A stretch of DNA of 63,690 nt from an uncultured bacterium (GCA_903900935.1 CAIUOX010000038.1:1-63690), one strand, 5' to 3'. Positions 36,470 through 46,796 are shown, numbered from the stretch's first letter. Notes: generated from the sequence alone by a model not told the origin. Translations and numbers: made by a program.

Positions 36470-37657
36470 ATGGCAGCAGAATTTAATCGTACCAAGCCAC
36501 ACGTTAACGTCGGCACAATCGGTCACGTTGACCACGGTAAGACAACATTAACAGCTTCTATTCTCGCAGTTCAAGCAAGTAAGGGTCTTGCAAATGCAAA
36601 GGCATATTCTGATATCGCAAAGGGCGGTACAGTTCGTGATGCATCAAAAATCGTTACTATTTCTTTGGCACACGTTGAATACGAGTCTCCTCTTCGCCAC
36701 TACGCCCATATCGATGCCCCTGGTCACGCTGACTATATCAAGAACATGATTACTGGTGCCGCTCAAATGGACGGTGCTATTCTCGTTGTTTCAGCACTTG
36801 ATGGAGTTATGCCACAGACTCGCGAGCACATCCTTCTTGCAAAGCAGGTTGGAGTTCCAAAGGTTCTTGTATTCTTGAATAAGTGTGATGCAGTCGACGA
36901 AAAAGATCTTATTGATCTCGTTGAGGAAGAAGTGCGTGAACTCCTCACAAAAAATGGATATGATGGTAAAAATGCTCCAGTTATTCGTGGTTCAGCACTC
37001 AAGGCTCTTGAAGGTGATCCAGTTTGGACAGCAAAGATCAGTGAGCTCATGGATGCATTGGATAGCTATATCCCTATGCCAGTTCGTGAAGTTGATAAGC
37101 CATTCCTCATGCCTATTGAAGACATCTTCTCTATTGAAGGTCGCGGTACTGTCGTTACTGGCCGTATTGAGCGCGGTATGATCAAGATTGGTGAAGAAGT
37201 TGAGATTATCGGTTTCCGTGATACCGTCAAAACTACTATCACCGGTATTGAAATGTTCAATAAGCAACTCAAAGAGGGTATTGCCGGCGACAATGCGGGC
37301 CTACTCCTTCGTGGTACTGCAAAGGACGATGTATCACGTGGTCAGGTTCTTGCAAAGACTGGTTCAGTCAAGCCTCATACAGAATTTGAAGCTGAAGTAT
37401 ATGTGTTGAAGAAAGAAGAAGGTGGTCGCCACACTCCATTCTTCACAGGATATAAGCCTCAGTTCTATATCCGTACTACTGATGTTACTGGTGAAGTTAC
37501 TCTTGCTGAAAAGGTTGAGATGGTCATGCCAGGAGATACTGTTACTTTCAAAGTCAAACTTGTTGCTCCAGTTGCACTAGAAGACAAGATGCGTTTTGCA
37601 GTCCGTGAAGGAGGCAAGACAGTTGGTGCAGGTGTCATAACAAAGGTTATCGTATAA
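36470..37657 (+). CDS. tuf: Elongation factor Tu
   Basis: 395 aa. [25 protein letters not shown]. Confidence 0.98.
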   Translation: MAAEFNRTKPHVNVGTIGHVDHGKTTLTASILAVQASKGLANAKAYSDIAKGGTVRDASKIVTISLAHVEYESPLRHYAHIDAPGHADYIKNMITGAAQMDGAILVVSALDGVMPQTREHILLAKQVGVPKVLVFLNKCDAVDEKDLIDLVEEEVRELLTKNGYDGKNAPVIRGSALKALEGDPVWTAKISELMDALDSYIPMPVREVDKPFLMPIEDIFSIEGRGTVVTGRIERGMIKIGEEVEIIGFRDTVKTTITGIEMFNKQLKEGIAGDNAGLLLRGTAKDDVSRGQVLAKTGSVKPHTEFEAEVYVLKKEEGGRHTPFFTGYKPQFYIRTTDVTGEVTLAEKVEMVMPGDTVTFKVKLVAPVALEDKMRFAVREGGKTVGAGVITKVIV

Positions 37658-37679
37658 CTGTGCACGTAAGTGAAAGAAT

Positions 37680-38060
37680 ATGACCACTAAAGAAACAACA
37701 AAAAAGAAAGTAACAAAGCCAGTTCGTGCTCGCGTAGCCAAAGCTGTTAGCGAAATTCCACATCTGCGTATACGCGTTCGTGCATATGAACACAAGATTC
37801 TTGATGCTTCTTTGAAACAGATAATGGACACAGCCGCTCGTTATGATGCGACTATTCATGGTCCAGTTCCATTACCTACAGAGATCAAGAAATACACAGT
37901 CAATCGTTCTTCATTTATTGACAAGAACTCTCGTGAACAGTTCGAAATGCGTGTTCACAAGCGTCTGATCGACATTATCAACCCCAATCCAAAAGTTATC
38001 GAAGCTTTAACCAATCTAAGTTTACCATCGGGAGTAAACATAGACGTAAAGATGATGTAA
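37680..38060 (+). CDS. rpsJ: 30S ribosomal protein S10 (about 25-aa Lys-rich N-terminal extension)
   Basis: The core LRIRVRAYEHKILD....I..TA......GP.PLPT begins near residue 27. Confidence 0.95.
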   Translation: MTTKETTKKKVTKPVRARVAKAVSEIPHLRIRVRAYEHKILDASLKQIMDTAARYDATIHGPVPLPTEIKKYTVNRSSFIDKNSREQFEMRVHKRLIDIINPNPKVIEALTNLSLPSGVNIDVKMM

Positions 38061-38161
38061 ATTAAAATGCAAATATACGAATCAAGCGAATGCAATAGAT
38101 GCATCGCCTCCGATTCGTAGTATTAGCATAATTTGTAGATTCGAATTATATAAATACTGAC

Positions 38162-38800
38162 ATGAAATTTATTCTTGGACGAAAGCTGAATATGACACAG
38201 ATCTTCACCGCTGATGGTGCGGCAATTCCTGTTACTGCTGTTTCGGTGCGAACAAATATAGTTACTCAGGTTCGTACGAAGGATGTTGATGGTTATGAAG
38301 CTGTTCAGGTTGGTGAAGGTTCTCGTAACCCAAATCGCATAAATAAGCCTCAGAAGGGTCATTTCAAGGATATGGGCTCATTTGCGACTATACGTGAGTT
38401 TCGTTTGCCTGCGCATACAGGACAGGTAGAAACTGATTCCCCAATAGCAAAAGTTGGCGACAAACTTGAACTTTCACAGTTTACAGTTGGTGAAACTGTT
38501 ACCGTAAGTGCTATCTCAAAAGGCAAGGGCTTTCAAGGTGTCGTCAAGCGTCATGGATTTGGTGGAGGACCTCGTTCTCACGGTCAAAAGCACTCAGAGC
38601 GCGAGCCTGGTTCTATCGGAGGTGGTTTGCGTACACGTGTTCCAGTTGGTATGCGTATGGCGGGTCGCATGGGAAGTGATCGTATCACTGTAAAGAATCT
38701 TCATGTTGCTCATATTGACCCACAAGAGAACATAATGTATGTTTCTGGAGCATTACCTGGTCGAAGAGGTACATTGGTCGAGGTCGTTGTCGAGAAATAA
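38162..38800 (+). CDS. rplC: 50S ribosomal protein L3
   Basis: 212 aa. GKGFQGVVKRHGF.GGP.SHG and S10-operon position. Confidence 0.96.
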   Translation: MKFILGRKLNMTQIFTADGAAIPVTAVSVRTNIVTQVRTKDVDGYEAVQVGEGSRNPNRINKPQKGHFKDMGSFATIREFRLPAHTGQVETDSPIAKVGDKLELSQFTVGETVTVSAISKGKGFQGVVKRHGFGGGPRSHGQKHSEREPGSIGGGLRTRVPVGMRMAGRMGSDRITVKNLHVAHIDPQENIMYVSGALPGRRGTLVEVVVEK

Positions 38801-38820
38801 AAGCAACAGAATATACTATT

Positions 38821-39483
38821 ATGGAAGCTACAATATACAATCAAAAAGGTACATCGGCAGGAAAGATCAAACTCCCAGAAAGCATTTTTGGTGTGCCGTG
38901 GAATGCTGACCTCGTACACGAAGTTGTCCGTCTCATGAATTCAAATTCTCGCACCAACGTTGCTCACACAAAGACTCGTGGCGATGTTAGTGGTGGAGGA
39001 AAGAAGCCATGGAAGCAAAAGGGTACTGGTCGCGCTCGTCACGGTTCTTCCCGTTCTCCTATCTGGGTTGGTGGAGGTGTTGCACACGGACCTCGCAATG
39101 ACAAGAATTTTTCACGCAAAATTAATAAACAAGTAAAAATAAAAGCACTATTTACTGTTTTGTCACGCAAATTCAAGGATGGACAAATTATTTTTGTTGA
39201 TTCTATAGATTTCAAGACACCAAAATCAAAAGATGCTCAGACAGTTATCTCGGCGTTGGCAGGTATCAAGGGTTTTGAAAAGCTTTCTACAAAGAAAGTT
39301 AATGCTGCTGTCATCGCATTAGACAATAAGTCAGATTCAGTCACAAAGAGTTTTCGTAATTTTGGTAATGTTTCGGTCGAAGAGTTCCGCAATATCAATC
39401 CGGTATCAATTCTCAACGCTACATATTTGATTATTTCAAATCCTGATGCAGCATTGAAGAATTTGTCCGCTAAGATTTCTTAA
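38821..39483 (+). CDS. rplD: 50S ribosomal protein L4
   Basis: 220 aa. GGGKKPWKQKGTGRARHGS.RSPIWVGGGV.HGP. Confidence 0.96.
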   Translation: MEATIYNQKGTSAGKIKLPESIFGVPWNADLVHEVVRLMNSNSRTNVAHTKTRGDVSGGGKKPWKQKGTGRARHGSSRSPIWVGGGVAHGPRNDKNFSRKINKQVKIKALFTVLSRKFKDGQIIFVDSIDFKTPKSKDAQTVISALAGIKGFEKLSTKKVNAAVIALDNKSDSVTKSFRNFGNVSVEEFRNINPVSILNATYLIISNPDAALKNLSAKIS

Positions 39484-39487
39484 TATC

Positions 39488-39856
39488 ATGGCTATTTTTG
39501 GAACAAAAAAGAATACGACCGAGAATAAAGTAGCAACAAAAGCTATTAAAGTAATAGTACCTCCGACGACAGAAGCAGTAGCTTCAGTTACGGGTGTTAT
39601 TATCCGCCCACGTGTCACAGAGAAGTCTGGACTTATGAGTCAGATGGGTGTGTATACATTCGAGGTTACAAAGAATGCAAATAAAAATCTTGTCGCAAAG
39701 GCTATAAAAGCATTGTACAAAGTTACTCCAATCAAAGTCGCCATCATCAATTCACCAGCAAAGAAAGTATTTATTCGTGGTCGTCGTGGAGTTTCTGGTG
39801 GTGTACGCAAGGCCATCATTACTCTCAAAAATGGCGATAAGATAGACTTTGTATAA
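39488..39856 (+). CDS. rplW: 50S ribosomal protein L23 (N-terminal extension)
   Basis: 122 aa. The core IIRPRVTEKS......YTFEV...ANK..VK.A......V.V..V starts near residue 38. Confidence 0.93.
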   Translation: MAIFGTKKNTTENKVATKAIKVIVPPTTEAVASVTGVIIRPRVTEKSGLMSQMGVYTFEVTKNANKNLVAKAIKALYKVTPIKVAIINSPAKKVFIRGRRGVSGGVRKAIITLKNGDKIDFV

Positions 39857-39867
39857 TATTTACTCAC

Positions 39868-40719
39868 ATGAAATCATTCCGCCCAACAACAAAATCTCGT
39901 CGTCATATGACAGTATTGCCATTCAAGCAGTACATTACTACTTCAGAGCCGTACAAGCCATTGACTCTTGGTTTCAAGCGCGATATGGGTCGTAATGCCT
40001 TTGGTCGCATTACAGTTCGCCACAAGGGTGGAGGACATAAGAAGCTTTATCGTATTATCGACTTCATGTATGACAAGAAGGATATTATCGCAACCGTAAA
40101 GACAATTGAATATGATCCATTCCGTACAGGATATATAGCTCTTGTTGCATACAAGGATGGTGCGAAACGTTACGTTCTTGCTCCAAAGACAATGAAGGTT
40201 GGAAACTCTTTCATAACTTCAGAAAAAGCACCCATTGAGACAGGCAATCGTCTTCCTCTCAAAAATATCCCTGTTGGTACATTTATTTACAATATTGAAA
40301 TCAAGCCAGGTAGTGGTGCAAAGCTAGTGCGTTCAGCGGGATCATTTGCTCAGGTTGTCGCTAACGATGCAGGTTACACACATATCAAGATGCCTTCAAG
40401 TGAAGTTCGCAAGGTTCACGAAGATGCATGGGCATCGATCGGCGCAGTTTCAAATGAAGAAAATCGTCTAGTTAACATCGGTAAAGCTGGCCGTACACGT
40501 TGGATGGGTATTCGCCCAACAGTTCGTGGTACTGCTCAGAATCCAGTGGATCACCCATACGGTGGAGGTGAACAGCGCCAGGGTCGTGGTCTCCGTCGCC
40601 TCAAGACTCGTTGGGGTAAGCCAGCAGGAAAAGGCCAGAAGACTCGTACACCAAAAAAGTATTCAAATATCTTTGTTGTCTCACGACGTCAGGTTGGCAA
40701 GAAGAAAAAGGCAGAATAA
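39868..40719 (+). CDS. rplB: 50S ribosomal protein L2
   Basis: 283 aa. GGGHKKLYR.IDF, RGTAQNPVDHPYGGGEQ. Confidence 0.97.
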   Translation: MKSFRPTTKSRRHMTVLPFKQYITTSEPYKPLTLGFKRDMGRNAFGRITVRHKGGGHKKLYRIIDFMYDKKDIIATVKTIEYDPFRTGYIALVAYKDGAKRYVLAPKTMKVGNSFITSEKAPIETGNRLPLKNIPVGTFIYNIEIKPGSGAKLVRSAGSFAQVVANDAGYTHIKMPSSEVRKVHEDAWASIGAVSNEENRLVNIGKAGRTRWMGIRPTVRGTAQNPVDHPYGGGEQRQGRGLRRLKTRWGKPAGKGQKTRTPKKYSNIFVVSRRQVGKKKKAE

Positions 40720-40733
40720 TATATTTAATTTCA

Positions 40734-40784
40734 CCTGCCTGCTGAAAGGCAGGAAAAAACAGGAAGCACAATATCCTGTTTTTT
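40734..40784 (+). terminator. Double hairpin/terminator immediately after rplB
   Basis: CCTGCC-tgctgaaa-GGCAGG, then AAAAAACAGGA-agcacaata-TCCTGTTTTTT. Confidence 0.7.
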
Positions 40785-40900
40785 GTTATAATCATCCATA
40801 TGTTTCAAAAAATAGTTTATAGAGTTAAAAAAGTGATTCATTATGTGGCGATTTTATTTATTGCACCATATGAATAATAGGAAGCATAATATAATTACAC

Positions 40901-41323
40901 ATGTTTAATCTATTTAGAACATTCCGAAGAGTAGGAACCTTCGGTGCTTGGCGTGTTCTAGTAAATTTTTGGACATTCGTATTTTTTTCAGCAATTATAT
41001 ATGATTTTTATAATCATAATTTATTGTCTGATAATGAGATTTTATTGGCGATTGCAAGTATATATGGTGCTTCATTGGCAATATATAGTGCTGAGAAAGA
41101 ATTTCGACGTTGGCATCATATGCACGCTTCTATTCATCCTGGTGAGGTATATCTGATAGTTTGGACTTTAATGGTTATATATATAATTGTTGCTAATATA
41201 GTTATGAATTTAGATTATCATATGCCGATAGAAGTAAGCGCTTCTTATGTTGCTGTGATTTCTATTCTTGCCATAACGAGAGAGTCAAAGAATTTCTATA
41301 AAAGGAAGAGTAGAGGCAAATAG
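40901..41323 (+). CDS. Hypothetical membrane protein
   Basis: 140 aa with 4 predicted TM helices. TATAAT at 40890-40895 lies 5 nt before the ATG. No family recognised. Confidence 0.5.
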   Translation: MFNLFRTFRRVGTFGAWRVLVNFWTFVFFSAIIYDFYNHNLLSDNEILLAIASIYGASLAIYSAEKEFRRWHHMHASIHPGEVYLIVWTLMVIYIIVANIVMNLDYHMPIEVSASYVAVISILAITRESKNFYKRKSRGK

Positions 41324-41528
41324 ATTAACAAAAGTGTGAATTTTCAATAGGGTGAGTTCAGGAAGCACATTGGATTAATTTCGTCCCATGTGTTGTTTGG
41401 TATCTGAACTAAGTGGATTGGTCAATCACTATCACTCCAGTTTCGAAGCTGGTCATGTTTGCACAGACCAGTTTTTTCATACAAAAAAGTCGTTCCCCGT
41501 GACAGGGAACGACAGAGAGAACATTCGA

Positions 41529-42032
41529 TCAGAAGTAAAATGTGGACCTGTCTTCGAACGCCGATTCCACAAGTTTGGCCATCTCGGCGCGAATGAGTGT
41601 TGCGAAAGAATCAGAGACTTCCCAGTCATCATGCCCAGTCAACAAACCACTTGTTGCGATAGCGATCCCATCGTAGGCATAAACGCCACCATGAAATTTG
41701 AAATCACCCTCCTGGATCAGTTCCGGATGGGTGTCAAACATGATGTGATTGTGCATCTTGGTCCGCCACGCGGCGCGTGCTTTCGCAAGTGCAAATTCAT
41801 TGTAAGGGCGATTTTCCGGCCACTTATTCGTGTCTTGTTCTCCGAGAATACCGCTCCAGAGGACAAATGGTTGGTGGCTTGTCTCAACTGGTTTTGCCGG
41901 ATCAAGTACGACGATGACTGCGGCGACACGGCCAGAAACTGATGTGATGTATTTTTCTGTCCAAGGACCTTTGACTTTTTCAAAAATACGATCCAAGAAC
42001 TCCGGTGTAACGAATTTTGATTTGCGTATCAC
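41529..42032 (-). CDS. Hypothetical protein, possible GlcG/HbpS-like (DUF336, haem-degrading fold) domain
   Basis: 167 aa with a GTG start preceded by AAGAAAGGG. The order AAVIVVLD ... ALAKARAAW ... FHGGVYAYDGIAIATSG....DD.EVS resembles the DUF336 pattern (aVVD..G; KA.tA; GG.pi..dG..iGAiGVSG...qD). Many G/C-ending codons. Confidence 0.4.
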   Translation of the reverse strand: MIRKSKFVTPEFLDRIFEKVKGPWTEKYITSVSGRVAAVIVVLDPAKPVETSHQPFVLWSGILGEQDTNKWPENRPYNEFALAKARAAWRTKMHNHIMFDTHPELIQEGDFKFHGGVYAYDGIAIATSGLLTGHDDWEVSDSFATLIRAEMAKLVESAFEDRSTFYF

Positions 42033-42265
42033 TGTTAACCCTTTCTTTTTGCCATCGAACGATACGATGGTCTGTTGCTATTTCTACCTTGTAGATGTGT
42101 ATTTGTCAATCTCAATGATACCTGACCTCCAAGGATTCTCGCATATTTATTGACAGTATTCAGTATTATTAGTAGTCTTCGCTTAGACACAAAGTAAGGT
42201 AGTCTTTATGTCTTGTCGTTCTTTTCTAAACAAATACTGCAAAACAATGTAAAAACGAGAGCATT

Positions 42266-43576
42266 ATGCCAATAAGCAAAAACTTTCAGGACCGGCTTTA
42301 TCCGCACTTGAAACAAATAACGGACTGGTTTGGAACCGCGGCACACATTTATGATTATGAAGGAATCCTGAATTCGGGAACGAATCTGATTCATGCATTT
42401 CGTAACCAAGGTTTGGACTACAACAACTTTTACGCTGTCAAAGCATGTCCCAATCCGGAAATTCTCAAGATCATGCTTGTGCTTGGATTTGGCTTCGATT
42501 GTAGTTCCATTGACGAGCTACGTCGGGTGCGCGCAATCGGCGCGACGCCGGGTAAGATTATGTTTACTTCGAACAATACATCACTCGAAGAATTCAAAGA
42601 AGCACTCGCTCACGGCGGATGTATCTTGAACTTCGACGATATCAGTCTGATCAAAAAATTCATCAAGCATTTTCCTGGAAAGCTTGCAAAATTGGTCGCC
42701 TGTGTTCGCTATAACCCAGGAAAGTTGCATACATCTGGTGGCCACGTTTTTGGTAAACCCGAAGAACAAAAGTATGGTGTAACCGAGAAGCAATTTCTCG
42801 ATGCTTACCGTCTGTTACGGCGTGGTGGAGCAGAAATTATCGGCTTCCACATGATGATTTGCTCGAATCAACGTTGTTCGAGTTATTTTATCAAAACCAT
42901 CAAGATTGCACTCGCTAAGGCTGCACTTCTCAAGCGCGAGCTTGATCATCAAGTGCCGTTTATTAATATCGGTGGTGGTTTTGGTATCCCGTATCTACCC
43001 GGAAAGAAGTGCAAGAAACTGGACATTTACCGAGTCGGCCGGTGGGCATGGAAGCTCTTCTCTGCTTTTCGTGAAGAATATGGTTTTGAGCCTGAGCTCT
43101 ATACCGAATGTGGTCGCTATGTCACTGGACCGAACGGTGTCCTTGTCTGTCGCATCATTAACCGGCTTGAAAAATACAGAACATTTTTTGGTATTGATAG
43201 CGGTATGCAAGATGTGCCTCGGCCTTCGTTCTATGGTGCATACCATCACATCCATATTCTGACGCCTCAAGGAAACTTGCGAAGGGGTGGTCGGAAGTTC
43301 AAGGCTCACGTGAGTGGTTCGCTCTGTGAAGCGTGGGACCGTTTTACACCCAAGCTACGGCTCCTACCACTCAGTACGAAGGTTGGTGATCTGTGTGTGG
43401 TTCAAGAAGATGGCGCACACACTCTTCCGTCTGGCAGTAATTACAACGGTCGCCTCCAGTCGCAGGAACTGATGCCCTTCGGTAACGGCTCGATTATCCG
43501 TATCGGTCGTGCCAAGCGATCCAAGGATCTGCATATTACCTATAGGTGCAGAAACAAAACGTTACATCTCGACTAA
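42266..43576 (+). CDS. PLP-dependent decarboxylase, Orn/DAP/Arg decarboxylase family 2 (diaminopimelate or carboxynorspermidine decarboxylase-like)
   Basis: 436 aa. PLP-lysine motif YAVKACPN, glycine loop NIGGGFGIPY, ECGRY, GSLCE..D. Frequent CCG/ACG/GCG/CGG codons that are rare in tuf and fusA. Confidence 0.8.
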   Translation: MPISKNFQDRLYPHLKQITDWFGTAAHIYDYEGILNSGTNLIHAFRNQGLDYNNFYAVKACPNPEILKIMLVLGFGFDCSSIDELRRVRAIGATPGKIMFTSNNTSLEEFKEALAHGGCILNFDDISLIKKFIKHFPGKLAKLVACVRYNPGKLHTSGGHVFGKPEEQKYGVTEKQFLDAYRLLRRGGAEIIGFHMMICSNQRCSSYFIKTIKIALAKAALLKRELDHQVPFINIGGGFGIPYLPGKKCKKLDIYRVGRWAWKLFSAFREEYGFEPELYTECGRYVTGPNGVLVCRIINRLEKYRTFFGIDSGMQDVPRPSFYGAYHHIHILTPQGNLRRGGRKFKAHVSGSLCEAWDRFTPKLRLLPLSTKVGDLCVVQEDGAHTLPSGSNYNGRLQSQELMPFGNGSIIRIGRAKRSKDLHITYRCRNKTLHLD

Positions 43577-43593
43577 CGTCTCAAAATTCATCA

Positions 43594-43625
43594 CCGCCCT
43601 CGCTACACAGCAGGGCGGCTTTTTC
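43594..43625 (+). terminator. Intrinsic terminator of the decarboxylase gene
   Basis: CCGCCCT-cgctacacagc-AGGGCGG followed by CTTTTT. Confidence 0.75.
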
Positions 43626-43813
43626 ATTCCTGCCTCTGATTCAAGCCACATCCTTGACTTCATATACTCATTCTGTTAGCATAATTGTCGAGCTCATCGG
43701 GGCTTCTTTTATTCTGACCTAGGAGATATGCGTGAATGTTTTCTACATTTACATCATACGAGCGACGTTAGAATGAGATATTATTTTATTTTTCAACATA
43801 CACGACACATTTT

Positions 43814-44167
43814 ATGGCACGATCGCTTAAAAAAGGACCCTATATAGAAGAGAGACTTTTGCAAAAGATCTCAGGCAAGAAACCTGCAACAGCTGGGGTT
43901 ATTAAGACATGGTCACGCCGATCTCAGATTTCACCAGAAATGGTCGGATTTACATTTGGAGTCCACAATGGTCGCGCACATATAGAAGTATTGGTCACCG
44001 AGGATATGGTTGGACACCGCCTCGGTGAATTTGCACCTACACGCAAGTTCGTACGCCATGGAGGTAAGATGCAAAAAGAACTCGAATTGAAAGCCAAAGA
44101 AGCAGAGATGAATGCTGCAAAATCAGCAAAGGAAGCAGCTACTTCTACTACAGCACCAAAGAAATAA
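43814..44167 (+). CDS. rpsS: 30S ribosomal protein S19 (C-terminal extension)
   Basis: [10 protein letters not shown]....L......IKTWSR.S.I.PEMVG.T..VHNG......V...[12 protein letters not shown]. About 25 extra K/A/E-rich residues at the C-terminus. Confidence 0.96.
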   Translation: MARSLKKGPYIEERLLQKISGKKPATAGVIKTWSRRSQISPEMVGFTFGVHNGRAHIEVLVTEDMVGHRLGEFAPTRKFVRHGGKMQKELELKAKEAEMNAAKSAKEAATSTTAPKK

Positions 44168-44176
44168 TACACTGAC

Positions 44177-44548
44177 ATGATTACTGCATCTCTCAAAAAT
44201 TATAGAATTTCACCACGTAAGGTTCGCCTTGTTGCTGATATGATTCGTGGCAAGACTGTTGCACAAGCAAAGATTATTCTTATTGGTGCAACAAAGGCAG
44301 CAAAGCATCCATTGGCAGATTTGCTTGATTCAGCTATAGCAAATGCATCACACAATTTCAAAATCACGGCTGATAGTCTTTTTGTAAAGGAGATCCGCGT
44401 TGATCAAGGTTTTGTTTTGAAACGCAGTATGCCAATGGCTCGTGGTTCAGCATTTCCTATAAAAAAGAGAACAAGTCATGTAACTCTTACTCTTGCGGTT
44501 GCAGAAGTAAAAGCCCCAAAGGTTAAAGCTAAAAAAAACAATAAGTAA
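44177..44548 (+). CDS. rplV: 50S ribosomal protein L22
   Basis: 123 aa. ISPRKVRLVADMIRGK.V..A..IL; operon position. Confidence 0.95.
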   Translation: MITASLKNYRISPRKVRLVADMIRGKTVAQAKIILIGATKAAKHPLADLLDSAIANASHNFKITADSLFVKEIRVDQGFVLKRSMPMARGSAFPIKKRTSHVTLTLAVAEVKAPKVKAKKNNK

Positions 44549-44552
44549 TACC

Positions 44553-45227
44553 ATGTCTCATACCGTACACCCATATTCTCATAGACTCGGAATAATTCGC
44601 GACTGGAAGAGTCGCTGGTTTGGCACAGACAAAAGCTATCGCAGTGCCTTGAAAGGTGACCTTATCATCCGTGAATTCCTACACAAAGAACTTCGCTCAT
44701 TCTATCTCGGTGGACTTGATATTGAACGCAATCAAAAGACCCTTCGTGTTATCGTGAAGACATCACGTCCTGGTATGCTTATCGGCAAAGCAGGTGACGG
44801 TGTCGTCAAACTCCGTGAAAAGATCCTCAAATTACTTCATGAAAATAAGGTTGAGCTAAAGGGTCAAGAGCTCAAGTTGGATATTGAAGAAATTCGCTCA
44901 CCAGAATCAAATGCCGCTATTACTGGCCTTATGATTGCAGAAGCTCTCGAAAAGCGTCTTCCATTCCGCCGTGTTATGAAGCAGACCATCGAAAAAGTCA
45001 TGGCAAATAAAGAAGTTCTTGGTATCCGCATCCGTTTGGGTGGTCGTTTGGGTGGTGCAGAGATCGCTCGTAGTGAAGAGCTCAAGAAAGGACGTATTCC
45101 TCTTCAGACATTACGCGCAGATATTGATTTTGCTCGCGAGAAAGCGCATATGACATACGGAGATATTGGTATAAAAGTCTGGATCTACAAGGGCGAAATC
45201 TTCAAAAAAGACATTGCTGTAAAATAA
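44553..45227 (+). CDS. rpsC: 30S ribosomal protein S3
   Basis: 224 aa. HP...RLGI...W.S.W, KH domain GMLIGKAGDGV, GRLGGAEIAR.E. Confidence 0.97.
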   Translation: MSHTVHPYSHRLGIIRDWKSRWFGTDKSYRSALKGDLIIREFLHKELRSFYLGGLDIERNQKTLRVIVKTSRPGMLIGKAGDGVVKLREKILKLLHENKVELKGQELKLDIEEIRSPESNAAITGLMIAEALEKRLPFRRVMKQTIEKVMANKEVLGIRIRLGGRLGGAEIARSEELKKGRIPLQTLRADIDFAREKAHMTYGDIGIKVWIYKGEIFKKDIAVK

Positions 45228-45245
45228 TTTCATTAATCTACTACT

Positions 45246-45671
45246 ATGTTATTCCCCAAGAAAGTAAAGCATCGCAAGCACTTCGTTAAGCGCAAGCATC
45301 CAGTCAAGGAGGCGCTTAAGACCGAGACTCGTGGAGTCACGCTTGCTTTTGGTTCATATGGTCTCAAGGCCATGAAGTATGGACGTGTCACCTCAAATCA
45401 GATTGAGGCAGCTCGTAAGGTGATGACTAGATATGCTACAAAGTCTGGTAAGGTATGGATTCGTATTTTTCCTGATATGCCATTTACTCAGAAGCCTGCC
45501 GAAGTAAAAATGGGAAAGGGTAAGGGTGAACCAGTTGGTTTCGTCGCTGAGGTCAAGCCCGGTCGTATCATGTTTGAGATTGACGGTGTAGAAAATGCAG
45601 TTGCTGCAGAAGCACTTCGCAAAGCAGGTACAAAGCTTCCTATCAAGACCAAGATCGTAAGTCGCGTTTAA
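45246..45671 (+). CDS. rplP: 50S ribosomal protein L16
   Basis: 141 aa. [11 protein letters not shown], ...[22 protein letters not shown]. Confidence 0.97.
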   Translation: MLFPKKVKHRKHFVKRKHPVKEALKTETRGVTLAFGSYGLKAMKYGRVTSNQIEAARKVMTRYATKSGKVWIRIFPDMPFTQKPAEVKMGKGKGEPVGFVAEVKPGRIMFEIDGVENAVAAEALRKAGTKLPIKTKIVSRV

Positions 45672-45675
45672 TACC

Positions 45676-45867
45676 ATGAAGACCAAAGACATCATCAATA
45701 AAACTCCCGCTGATTTGAACCAGCTTATAGCAACAAAACGCGAGATTCTTCGAACGTTTAGATTTGGAAAAGCTGGAGCAAAGACCAAGAACGTCAAAGA
45801 AGGTCGTGCTATCAGAAAGGAGATAGCTCAGATTATGACCGTTCTTACTCAAAAGAAAAACGCCTAA
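45676..45867 (+). CDS. rpmC: 50S ribosomal protein L29
   Basis: 63 aa, helical. L...L..LRF....G.....IR..RK.IA.I.T. Confidence 0.9.
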   Translation: MKTKDIINKTPADLNQLIATKREILRTFRFGKAGAKTKNVKEGRAIRKEIAQIMTVLTQKKNA

Positions 45868-45906
45868 ACTAGACAAAGTACTTAACTTCAAGTAAACTCG
45901 AAACTC

Positions 45907-46167
45907 ATGACCATAACAAAGACACAACCTAAAAAAGAAGTAAAGCGCCAGACATTTAGTGGTGTTGTTGTTTCTGATAAGATGAAAGATACAACAGTCG
46001 TTATGATTGAGCGTTTCATCAAGCATGCTAAGTATCAGAAGTATCAGGTCAAGCGTACCAAGCTTATGGCTCACGATGTTGGCAATACAAAGAAGATTGG
46101 AGACAAGGCAACTATTGAGGCATGCAGACCAATTTCAAAAAATAAAGCGTTTAAGGTTATTGCATAA
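45907..46167 (+). CDS. rpsQ: 30S ribosomal protein S17
   Basis: 86 aa. F.G.VVSDKM.DT.VV.IER...H.KY.K......K..AHD. Confidence 0.93.
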   Translation: MTITKTQPKKEVKRQTFSGVVVSDKMKDTTVVMIERFIKHAKYQKYQVKRTKLMAHDVGNTKKIGDKATIEACRPISKNKAFKVIA

Positions 46168-46182
46168 TTTTCATTTACTAAT

Positions 46183-46554
46183 ATGATTCAACCACGTTCA
46201 ATCGTCAATATCGCAGATAATTCTGGTGCAAAGATCGGGCGTATTTTCAAGGTTCTTGGTTCTTCAAAGAAGCGTTATGCAGAGCTTGGTGAAGTTGTAG
46301 TTCTCTCAGTCCAGAAGGCTGAGCCTCGTAAGACCATCAAGAAGAAAGATGTCCTTCATGCAGTTGTCGTTCGTCAGACCAAGGCATCACGTCGTAAGGA
46401 TGGTTCATATATTCGTTTTGACGAGAATGCAGTTGTTATTATAGAAAAGGACAAGAAAGAGCCAATTGCAGGACGTATTTTCGGTCCAATCCCACGCGAA
46501 GTCGGCGAGGCAGGATTCAAGACGATCGCTTCACGAGCGCCAGAGATCGTATAA
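46183..46554 (+). CDS. rplN: 50S ribosomal protein L14
   Basis: MIQPRS...IADNSGAK......VLG. Confidence 0.97.
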   Translation: MIQPRSIVNIADNSGAKIGRIFKVLGSSKKRYAELGEVVVLSVQKAEPRKTIKKKDVLHAVVVRQTKASRRKDGSYIRFDENAVVIIEKDKKEPIAGRIFGPIPREVGEAGFKTIASRAPEIV

Positions 46555-46573
46555 GATAATTAATTTTACTACT

Positions 46574-46792
46574 ATGCATGTAAAGAAAGGAGATACAGTC
46601 GTCATACTCTCAGGTGATGAGAAAGGCAAGAAGGGAAAGGTTTTCCAAGCTTTTCCTGCTGAAGGAAAAATCATCGTAGAAGGTATGAATACAGTCAAGA
46701 AGCATCAGAAGTCACGCAAAGAAGGTCAGAAGGGTCAGATGGTTGAAGTTGCAATGCCGATGCATGCTTCAAAGGTAAAGAAGGCAGAATAA
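46574..46792 (+). CDS. rplX: 50S ribosomal protein L24
   Basis: Start moved to MHVKKGDTVVILSGDEKGKKGKV (KOW motif). The track ORF start at 46466 overlaps rplN. Confidence 0.93.
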   Translation: MHVKKGDTVVILSGDEKGKKGKVFQAFPAEGKIIVEGMNTVKKHQKSRKEGQKGQMVEVAMPMHASKVKKAE

Positions 46793-46796
46793 TACT

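Noticed and set aside
41388-41942. 184-aa plus-strand ORF overlapping the GlcG-like gene.
   Set aside because: The translation is Cys-rich and looks like nonsense (MCCLVSELSG...CCDSD...). The opposite-strand frame has an ordered domain-like pattern and an SD-like tract.
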